DNA from: Zygophlyctis sp. KS116 | Lineage: Eukaryota > Fungi > Chytridiomycota | Reading direction: 5' to 3' | NCBI GenBank assembly: GCA_054661495.1 | Contig: BAAFSQ010000109.1 | Location: 1 to 30,077, forward strand | DNA length: 30,077 nt | Part shown: positions 1 through 9,820 of the stretch, one piece after another | How positions within the stretch are numbered: the stretch's first letter is position 1 | Layout of the letters: every line of letters starts with the position of its first letter | The notes under the pieces: generated by a model | What the model was told of the DNA's origin: nothing | Seen by the model: the letters and a program-made list of their open reading frames with translations, nothing else | Databases searched by the model: none | Translations under genes and position numbers: made by a program

Positions 1-75
1 AACCCATAGCTGGGTTTTTGATAAAACCCAAACCCATAAAACCCAAGGCCTAGAACTGGGTTTTATCCATCCCTG
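1..75. mobile_element. Terminus of a hAT-type DNA transposon (TIR plus subterminal repeats), truncated by the window start
   Basis: Ends in ...TTTTATCCATCCCTG (reverse complement CAGGGATGGATAAAA), resembling the Ac/Ds-type TIR CAGGGATGAAA. It is preceded by clustered AACCCA/TGGGTTTT motifs in both orientations. The partner TIR and TSD are outside the window. Confidence 0.55.
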
Positions 76-97
76 ATTAAGAGTGTCTTTGATTTCT

Positions 98-346
98 ATG
101 AATAAAGTTATTCAGGAAATTGAGAGCAAAGTTGCTTATTTAAGACTAGAGGGAAATACTCTCAATTTAGAAACTATAGAAGGAATTCATAAATCTTTTA
201 TTCTCATTCAAGAGTCTGTGTCTGATGACTCTTTTCATGAATCCCTTCATATTTGGCTCATGAATAATTCTCATGGTTATCAGCAGAGATTTAGTAGAGA
301 ATTATATTCAAAATTGGAATTGTTGCAAATGGATGGGATGAATTAA
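98..346 (+). CDS. Short hypothetical ORF (82 aa), possibly the 3' part of a gene cut by the hAT end
   Basis: Open frame from ATG 98 to TAA 346 with composition like the neighbouring genes; no recognisable motif. Confidence 0.3.
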   Translation: MNKVIQEIESKVAYLRLEGNTLNLETIEGIHKSFILIQESVSDDSFHESLHIWLMNNSHGYQQRFSRELYSKLELLQMDGMN

Positions 347-511
347 AAGTAAAAATATTGTTTAAAAATAAATTATTATATTGTTATTCAGGTTTATAGA
401 GTTGTTTCTTACTCATTTACTCAAAACATTATAAATGTATATGTAGACATGGTAGAGCCTTGAGTCGATGCAGATCCGTGTTTAAGGTTCTGGTTCAGGT
501 TGATAGGTAAA

Positions 512-1617
512 ATGATCAGAGCATTGGAATTCTTTTCAGGGATCGGAGGGATGGTATGAATTTATAATTTGACAATAGCATTATGGATTGGATGCATGTG
601 ATATCAATGCACAAGTTGTTGAGGCATTTGAGATTTCTCCTGTAGCGAATGAATGGTAAATCAGTGACTTCATAATTACAGTTATAATCATAATTTCAAA
701 CGAAAGCCGTCGCAAAAGAGCATAGAGTCATTAAGTGTTGATTATATCGAAAAGTTAAATGCAAACTGTTGGCTGCTAAGTCCGCCTTGTCAGCCTTACA
801 CAAGATCAGGTAGCGGCTTTTATGATTAATGATCAGGGAAAAAGATGGATATAAAGGATCATAGGGCGGCTGGATTGACATTTTTAATTTCTATTTTGCC
901 ATTTCTCAAGAATGCTCCAAAGTATCTCTTTTTAGAGAATGTTGTTGGATTTGAGGTAAACTTTGAACTTACTGATTATAGCACTCCGAGTCTAGAAAAG
1001 TACTCATAGAATGCTTAGTCAAAATGAATTATGATTTTAAAGAATGGCATTTGTCGCCGGTTCAGTTTGGAATACCGAATGAAAGACCAAGGTATTATCT
1101 AACTGCAACTCTGTCATCTCTGATCAAGGATTCGCCAAGTATGGAATTTCACGCCACTGATCCTTTAATAATAACACAATTTACGCAGCATGCACAACCT
1201 ATAAAGGAATTTTTGGATAATGATGACTCAAGTGTAATTAGTTTGCCGATATCTTTGCTTAAATCTCGCAAGTTTATAAGTATTTCCGAAATCTCAACTC
1301 CAAGCGATACTAGGTCCAAGTGTTTCACAAAGGCGTATGGACATCATGGACTTCACTCTGGGTGTTTCTTAATGACCAAAACTGTTGACAGTAACTCTCT
1401 TGAGTCTATCCTTCAAGATCCTGTTCAAGCATCAGAGTCTTTGGGTTTACGGATGTTTTCACCTGCGGAAATTTCCAGACTGCACATGTTTCCTAAAGAT
1501 TTTGAATTTCCACCAAATATCTCTACTCAACAGCAGTGGAAATTACTGGGTAATAGCATGAATATACTCGTGGTTTCAAAACTACTAGCTGATTTATTCA
1601 ATTGCAATCTTAAGTAG
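512..1617 (+). CDS. DNMT2: DNMT2/TRDMT1-family tRNA (cytosine-38-C5) methyltransferase, ~333 aa, 5 exons
   Basis: Exons 512-553, 579-655, 682-809, 837-955, 982-1617 (GT-AG introns of 25, 26, 27, 26 nt). Motif [11 protein letters not shown], motif [11 protein letters not shown], motif VI LENVVGF, motif [20 protein letters not shown]2-specific CFTKAYG, motif X LLGNS. Confidence 0.93.
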
Positions 1618-2869
1618 ATAAGACGTCGCATACCAAAATTCCGGAATTCATAACACCTCCAATAGCCATTTTCTTACCATCTAGTGATATGATTCCTATG
1701 GATCCCGTGGAAATTTTTTCTCCATCATCTTCAAAAACAATTGTAGATTTGAATCGTTTTCCATAATAGAGATCAGAATCTGTATTTTCAGAAATCTTGG
1801 CAATAACAGTTGGAGACTTGACCTTGGAATCCGTTGCGCTCATCATAAATTTTAACCCATTTCCATGACCAGTCACATATACATCTCCATTAAAATTGAC
1901 ATAAATGTTATCTGCTAGAAAAGGCTATGATTATTTACTATTTCAAGCATACCAATTTCACGTTTTCTACAGGACGCAGACTTCCTGAAGCCTCTTTTCT
2001 TTCAAAACTTGAATCTTTAGGCTATAAATTTACTTACATATGAAGGTACGAACCGAGAGAAGACGCAACATAGATAATAGAAGAGTCTGGACTTTTAGAA
2101 ATACCATTAGAAAACGGTATCTTATCTGCAACAATCCTAAAAATCTTTAATAATATAATTCCTACTTTGAATCCCCCTTACTATCACGATAAACCACAAA
2201 AGACCACGGCATACAAAATATCTTTTCAAGGTAAAACATGATCCCTTTATAATACTTTGAATCATTTGTAGCATAAAATCTTTTTCGATCCAAAGGTATA
2301 ACATCATTGATAGAATAGAGCAAATCAGACACTACAGTTTCATAATGAATAATTTCAGAGGATCCTGGTATATAATCAAAGAGCTCTATCCGATCTCCTT
2401 CTACCGCATGATTTACAGCAGCTACAATTATTGATGATCCGTCCTGTACAAGACCAAGTCCATGAGCATGAAAATAAGATCCGAATCCTTTAATCTTTAA
2501 AGGAACAATCGATGAATTTGAAAAGTGAAATACAAAGAAATTGCCCATTACGGGATTCTTTTCCCATTCACCCCATCTATTCATCCATTCCTGTCTGCGC
2601 TTAACATCCGAAACGCATACTTTCATAAAATGACATGATCTTACCAAAAAGAGCAGAATCAGTTCCAGGAATCATTTGACCATCTTCGCATCCATTAAGC
2701 AGAGGGTCTATAATTCATTCAATGTCAACTTACGACTGATCAGCTTGCATTTGTCATTGTTGAGATTTGTAGATTCACTTAGTAACCGATGCACTTTAAA
2801 AGCATTGAAGAGATAGGGAAACAATAATGAACTCAGAAGAACAGAGAAAGCCAGAAAATATTTCATCAT
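1610..2869 (-). CDS. Paraoxonase/arylesterase-like beta-propeller hydrolase with N-terminal signal anchor, 6 exons
   Basis: Starts (M)MKYFLAFSVLLSSLLF at 2869/2866. Motifs NGCED, FHAHGL, AVNH, SINDV...FYATND, FSNGI, LADNI. Five GT-AG introns of 26, 25, 29, 30 and 28 nt give a continuous frame to TAA at 1610. Confidence 0.85.
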
Positions 2870-4784
2870 TTTAAAACTTCTTTCCAATACGTTATTGACT
2901 GCTCAATGCGAATCCGGTTCTCAATGTGCCTAATAGTTGGCCAAGTTAGGTTTTGTCCTCGAGCAATTTGATGAGCTAATCGGCTTTCAGAGGGATTAGA
3001 CACAATCCATAAAAAGTCTGAAAGAGATAAAGGTCGTGGAAGTATGGTTATGTTCCCATCAAATCTTTGCAACCAAATGTTGGAAAAATCAGCACCCTTC
3101 CATTTTAATCCTAAATCCATGTCTCTTAATAAAGATAACCATTTTTGTAGGTCTAATAAAAAGTGCTGGATTAAAGATGATCCAATGAATCCTCCGCGAT
3201 AGCCTTTACCAGATCTATTGTTTATCATAAATAAAAATACCTGTGGAGGGCAGGTGATCCAGACGATCCTCTTGCTTTGTAAAAAAATAGTACAATGTGT
3301 GGATTCATTTGAGAAACAATACTAAAATGAACATTGAAGAGGTGGAGCCCCTTACCAGGAATATCTTTGCGAAGAGAGCCGTCACGCCAAAACTTTCCAA
3401 CACCCCTAAAAGGAATATAATCTCCATTTTCAGTTTTTTGAATCAATTGTACAGGAGGAAGAATTCCAGGGATTGCAGAAGATGCGACAACTGCAGACGC
3501 TATAACGACATCTGGAGAAGTAAGATAATTCAACAATTTAGGTTGTGAGTGAGGCTCAGTAGAGACTACTGATATATTTAAAATTCTTCCAGTCTTTTGA
3601 TAAGCCTCCAAAAATGTGGTTTTCCCTTTTGTTAACCATAGAGATTTTTGCATAAAATCAGACACATCAAAAACAGCTCCAGTTTTTCTAAATCTTTTAA
3701 TAATTTTCTACATTTTTAGAATCACTTAAAAATACCGAAATAGATTCTGTAATATGCTGCAATTTTGGTAATAATTCGTCCATTTCAAAAATTTCATTTC
3801 TTATTTCTTCATCAGTTCGACAACAAATTGCTGCAGCCTAATATTTTTTAGAAAACCTGCTTACTATAAGAGATCCTGCACTTGCTCCAGTGAAAACATT
3901 TGGCAATAAATGATGCTCAAACAGTGCCTTTATGACTCCAATATGATAATAACTTAGAGTAGCTCCACCACTAAGACAAATCGCAGATTGACCGTAAAGT
4001 CTAGAAACCTTTTCAAAAAACTCTCTCTTCTCATTAATACTAATCTTTTTAGTCCTTGCAACAAATTCTAAAGCCTGAATCATTTCCGACGCATACTCAT
4101 CCACCAATGCTTTTGTCCCGTAATGAGTATAAGAGTAAAGTTCTTGACTATCTAAACCTCCCAAATTAGGCTGCATGGAAAAGAGCTGCAATGAAGCTAG
4201 ACAAGTATTTAGGAATGGTATTAATTAATTTATTCATAAAAGGATGAATGGAAAAATGATCCGTTTTCTAAAGATTATGATTATGATCTGGTTTCAAAGA
4301 TTACTAGAAGATTACGGAGATATAGGTTACAAGATAACGTGTCTGAAGTTGTAAAGATTTTAACTCATTCAGGGTAATTACATTTTATAAACAAATTAGA
4401 TGTAGGCAGAAACTCTGAGCTTTATCCATTTCTGAAATAAGTGTTTTTTTTGTTCTGCTCATGAATATATATTCAATGATTGCAACAATTTGGCGAACGG
4501 TTGAATAGAAAACTAAATCTAAAATGATAAATCCAACGACACAAATCTAGATTTAATTTCCATAAACTTACAAAGACTGGCCATCTCAGAATATTAATAA
4601 GAAAAGAGTAACGGGTTCTTCTCAACGGACTTTTGCTACGATTTCTACTAGCAGATCTACTAGAAACTCTTGATCCATAGTCATTCTCGACATCCGCTTC
4701 TGACATCTGATCTTCGTCTGTTGAGCTTCCTGGATCATTGAATTCCAGCAAAGAGGCAGTACTTAAAGACTTTTGTAAATCCAT
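2866..4784 (-). pseudogene. TGL3/4/5-SDP1-like patatin triacylglycerol lipase, disrupted as assembled by an internal inversion
   Basis: ATG 4784, TM segment after LRWP, oxyanion motif LSGGA, catalytic GASAG and WRDGS, VSQMNPHI, TGA at 2868-2866. The segment encoding the N-terminal DUF3336-like region lies on the opposite strand (4171-4409); the rest of the gene is intact. Confidence 0.8.
4171..4409 (+). other. Inverted internal segment of the lipase gene (exon pieces plus two introns)
   Basis: The + strand reads WKRAAMKLDKYLGM / DEWKNDPFSKDYDYDLVSKITRRLRRYRLQDNVSEVVKILTHSG / CRQ, with GT-AG introns at 4218-4242 and 4374-4399. It is bounded by inverted microhomology CTGC (4171-4174) / GCAG (4406-4409). 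Confidence 0.85.
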
Positions 4785-4929
4785 GCGATCCAATTTCCTA
4801 GGTTATAAAATAGTTTGTCTGATAGTTAAGTCCGATTGGCAACCGATAAGTTTCAATAATCCATGAGTTGGTTTTTTGTATTACTGTTGCATGAATCTAC
4901 ATACACAATCATCAGTCAGCCTTTAAAAA
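4785..4929. promoter_or_regulatory. Probable bidirectional promoter between lipase and gephyrin
   Basis: 145 bp between divergent ATGs (4784 and 4930); contains an ATTGG (inverted CCAAT) near 4835. Position-based inference only. Confidence 0.45.
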
Positions 4930-6818
4930 ATGTATAGAGTCGTGATCGTTATCAGTAAGTACATAAAATACATTAATCTTGTAGTAAGTGATCGGGTCTC
5001 ACAGGGAGTTGCTCAAGATAAATCTGGCCCTGCATTGATAGAGAAACTGAAATCAGGGCCTTGGGAAATAGTATATTGTGATCTGGTTCCTGATCAAGTT
5101 GAAAAGATTCAGGAAAGAGTATTGTATTGGAGTGAACAATCTATTGATCTTGTGTTGACTAGTGGGGGAACTGGTTTTTCACAAAGAGATGTTACTCCAG
5201 AGGCTATTTTACCATTGATAAATAAGGTGGCGTCTGGATTGGTTCATTTGATGATGTTTAAATCATTACAAATAACTCAAATGGCTGCATTATCAAGGCC
5301 GATTTGTGGGACTGTTGGAAATACACTGGTGATTACTCTGCCGGGGTCTCCAAAAGGTTCTGTAGAGAACTTTGATGCGCTAGAGTCAGTTATACCGCAT
5401 GCATTGGATTTAATAAGAGATTCTAAAGATAAAATAGAAAAGGTGCATAGTAGATTGCATGCTCATGATTGTGTAAAACATTCTGATATAGATGGTAAAT
5501 TAAATAATTTAAATTCAAAGTCACAAAAAGAAGTAGGGAGTCGCCATTCCCAATGGTTTCGTATAATGATGCGCTAGATATAATTTTAACTCAATCTCAG
5601 ACTTTACAGGCTAGTAGAATTTCAATTTTTGATCAATTGGTTTTAGGGAGTGTTTTAGAGTCTGATATTATCTCTGAAAAATCTTTACCTGAATTTAGAG
5701 CCTCGGTAGTGGATGGATACGCAGTTTTATCAGGTGATGGTCCAGGAAAGTATGATTTGGCATCTGTATCTACTGCTGGAGAAATTGAATTTTTACAATC
5801 TATAAGTTCTGGTCAGATTGCACGAGTTGCTACTGGTGCAGCGGTGCCAAATGGGGCAGATGCAGTTGTTATGGTTGAAGATACAAGTCTGATATCTTCT
5901 GAAAATGGTCAAGAAAAGGTTATTGAAATTAAGGCTCAGGCTACTGTTGGGCAATTTATTAGAGAAATGGGATCAGATATTAAAAAAGGAGATATTATTT
6001 TACAAAGAGGGCATGTAGTATCTCCTGCAGATATTGGTATAATTGCATCTGTTGGAATTATGAATATTTCAATAATATCTAAACCCAAGGTAGCTATTTT
6101 TTCTTCAGGAAATGAAATTGTTGATCTACAAAGCCCTTCAAAGGAACGTTTCGGACAAATTATAGATTCAAACAGACCAACTTTAAAATGTCTTTTAAAT
6201 AAGTTTGGGTTTCCTTGGATAGATAAAGGTATTGTTTCAGATGATTCTGCTTCAATATTTTTAATGATTCAAAAATCTTTGGATGAATCAGACGTTTTGA
6301 TAACCACTGGTGGTGTTTCTATGGGAGAATTGGACTGCTTTAAAGGAGTTTTAGACTCTTTAAAAGCTACAATCCATTTTGGAAGAGTTTCAATCAAGCC
6401 TGGAAAGCCCACAACATTTGCTTCCTTGGAATATAAAGGAAAGAAAAAGATAATTTTCTGTCTCCCAGGAAATCCTGTGTCTGCTTATGTCACATTTCAT
6501 CTATTTGTACTGCCTTGCTTGCATGCATTATCCGGAAATAGAGATTGGCAGCTCCCAATTGTTAGAGCAAAGGTATTATTAAAAACTTTAAAGAGATTAG
6601 CTTACCGAATCTTTAACTGCCGATGCAACCAGATGTGAATTCAAGCGTGTTTTTCTAACTAGAGTTGGTAATGATTATATTGCTAATATTACTGGTAATC
6701 AGATTAGTTCTAGATTATTATCTTGCTCATCTTCAAATGGATTCTTTAGATTAAAGTCTAAAAAGGAATCAGGAACGGACTTAACGGGAGATAATTTCGT
6801 TGACGTGGTTTTAACATA

Positions 6819-6819
<1 letters not shown>
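4930..6819 (+). CDS. Gephyrin/Cnx1-like molybdenum cofactor biosynthesis protein (MogA G-domain fused to MoeA E-domain)
   Basis: G-domain SDR, TSGGTGFSQRDVTPEA, LPGSPK; linker RSRESPFPM; E-domain SVVDGYA, TGAAVPNGADAVVMVED, TTGGVSMGE, KPGKP, LPGNPVS, TGNQISSRLLS. Introns 4955-4984, 5495-5520, 6573-6600; TAA at 6817-6819. Confidence 0.93.
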
Positions 6820-7309
<490 letters not shown>

Positions 7310-7346
7310 TTATTTAAGAAATTATTTTTTAAACAGATTCTATTGA

Positions 7347-8194
7347 CTAGGCACCATAGCCACGAATAGATTCAGCAAAACTCCATTCCGTATCCAGCGA
7401 ATAAGGCTTTGAGATTGACACTCCACTTGAATTAATAGTAGCGATTTGAACCTAAAATTAATTTTCTGTAAATATTACTCTATTGAGAGATCTAGCATCA
7501 CGATAATACAATACTCGTAAACAGTCATTCAAAAGTGCAGTAGCCTCTTGTTCAGTCAAAGAATCTTCTTTTCCTTCGACTGCTTTTCTCAAAAGAGGTT
7601 GAGCAATATAAGCACCATATCCAGAAGCAATCGTCGAAGACTCATAACAAGTTCCTTGAAGGTCAACAAATCCCAGAAATCTAGTGTTTAAAAATGAAAA
7701 TAAAATTACGATGAACCATCCTTAACTCCACCAACAATCAATGAATTCCAAAGTGGGTTCACTTTTGTACGTCTAGAATACATTATACGACACAATACTT
7801 CATAGATATGTTTTGGCAAGAGAGAATGTCCATCATTTTGCTGGTATTCATCAATTACAAGACCTTCAAGAGTATGGGAAATATACTGAAAATCAGACAT
7901 ATCACCAGACGCACCAACAACAGTATATTCTCCAACCTTGATTAAACGTTGAATGTCTCTAATCTGAGCCATTGAGCCATAAGAAGCAAGTGTATCAGAT
8001 GCAAGCATGACTCCATCCTTGTATTTTATTCCCAGCACAGACGTTCCAGTGACAATTGGCTGTTGAGTGTGCGAAATGGGAGTCTCTGCGACTGTTTTAC
8101 CCAAGGATGCTGATCCAGGCATCCAGTCTGAAGACTCGAATATCTCATTATCTCTTGCTCTTGCTTTTCCCCAATTTCCAGGAAAATAATCCAT
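7347..8194 (-). CDS. PRE4: 20S proteasome subunit beta-7 (PSMB4)
   Basis: HTQQPIVTGTSVLGIKYKDGVMLASDTLASYGS, GASGDMSDFQ, NPLWN, LYYRDARS, EWSFAESIRGYGA*. Two introns (29 and 27 nt). Likely start is ATG 8194, because the upstream part of the tracked ORF overlaps the last exon of the previous gene. Confidence 0.93.
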
Positions 8195-8210
8195 GTTTTT
8201 ATTTAAACTT

Positions 8211-9802
8211 TTAAAGTCCCAAGCGTTTCTGCAACGAACGCACCTTGGCCTGAACTTTAACATGCTGATCATTGTTGGTGTGCTCATAGAGACTGGATAT
8301 AACCTTGCATTAATAATTAAAACATACCATTAGAGATAAAAGTCGCAACTGGTCCGTTGGATAAGTATTATTTGCAAGATTAAACGCTTCTAAAAGATGT
8401 AACCTAGGTGTAAGCTGATAATATTACTTTGACGAATGAAAAGATTCCTTTTCAAGAAAAAGCATTCCAAGAGCTAATGGATGTAGTGCTTTCAAGTGAG
8501 GAAAATCCGAAACTGCAAGTGATCCTAGTTTATTTATATATTCCTCCATCTAGCATTAGTAATTAATACACGTACATCCATTGTATTTTTTTGGGATCTA
8601 GCAATAAGGAAAAGTTGAAAATATATCAGACAGCGTTCTGGAGTATTAATATCGACTTTTAGAGCTTTTTGAAGTTCATCTTGTCCTTTTGAGAAATTTC
8701 CAGATATGATTGATAAAAGGCCATGATATATATTTACATTTAAATTCACATTAGAATATTCCAAAGATTTTAAAAGATTTGAAAAAATTGAATTACTAGA
8801 TTCAAGGTCTGATCTTGCTAGATAAAGGTCTAATAAGTGGCGATAAAAATAACCAGATGCATTTAACGTCCAGGCGCTGTTCGACTCAAGACCTATAGAT
8901 TAAAATCTAATAACTTTCCATCGTTAAATTTAAGGCCTTCCTTTAAGAATGTGCATGCCTTGAGCGTATCTGTTCTTTTATAGGAAATTCCGGACAAAAA
9001 ATACACAAGTGAATGAATTTGATCTTGGTATTCACGTTCTAGAATTAAAACATCACCATTTTCTTCTAAAAGAATTGTACTATCCACAGCTTCAGACATT
9101 GATAACGAATGCACATGCTGTTGTAATTTTGGTAAATAGTCTTTGAAATCATTATTTGCCTTTTTGAGAGATTCACACTTAGGTTTAGGAATATTAACTT
9201 ACCACTTTCAGAGCCAAATAATACGCTAGGATGATCCCTGTAAATGCAGAGCCATCTACATCACTACCTTCATGATTCAACAAGATTTTGAAATACAATT
9301 TTTTCACCATAAAAAAGTCCTAAAAAACATTAATAGCCTGAAACTAACCCTAACCTGAGCGTGCCCATTCTTTGCAGCTAGATCTATTGTTTGGTTAAGA
9401 ATATTGAATATTAAATTCCATTCTTGATCATTACTCATGATTTCGAGTCTTGCAAGTGAGATCTGATATGTTAATACATATTTTTGTAATCTAAACTTTA
9501 GATCTGCTCAATTACGCTACTGATTCCTTGTAAAGGCTCTTTAGAATTTGTTTAGCGAGTCCGACATTATTGGAATTATAGTACATTTGTGCCTTGAAAA
9601 GTTCCAAATTTAATGATAATTCCTCAAATTTAGAAATTTCATTCAAATGATCCTGAATTTCTTGTTGGGCATCATGGACATTCTCAAGAAGGAATTTACA
9701 AATCTCTAATCTTAAAAGTGCCTGTTCGCGGGATCCAGAATCATTTAAAAGACTCTTCATGGAAACATAATCAAGCCTTAATTTGTCGTAATAAGACTCC
9801 AT
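8211..9802 (-). CDS. TPR-like alpha-helical protein, possibly cohesin loader subunit MAU2/Scc4; 8 exons
   Basis: Continuous frame from ATG 9802 to TAA 8213-8211 using seven introns of 24-29 nt (one with a GA donor). N-terminal EQALLRLEICKFLLENVHDAQQEIQDHL resembles the MAU2 N-terminus. The gene itself is well supported; its identity is tentative. Confidence 0.5.
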
Positions 9803-9820
9803 ATCGTTTGTAAATTGGCC

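Noticed and set aside
1-64. AACCC repeats as a telomere
   Set aside because: Irregular, present in both orientations, and ending in a hAT-like TIR rather than a tandem TTAGGG array.
512-1617. Bacterial restriction-modification methylase or prokaryotic operon
   Set aside because: The CFT motif marks DNMT2, and spliceosomal introns, a histone and a proteasome subunit show the DNA is eukaryotic.
696-3548. Tracked ORFs 696-881 (-) and 3297-3548 (+)
   Set aside because: Antisense shadows of DNMT2 and the lipase.
7329-7349. PRE4 TAG at a position often Gln (GYGxQ), suggesting stop reassignment or readthrough
   Set aside because: TAG, TAA and TGA all end genes here, no internal TAR codons occur in intact exons, and beta7 C-termini vary in length.
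8195-8287. N-terminal extension of the tracked PRE4 ORF
   Set aside because: It is an alternative frame of the last exon of the upstream gene; ATG 8194 gives a plausible propeptide.
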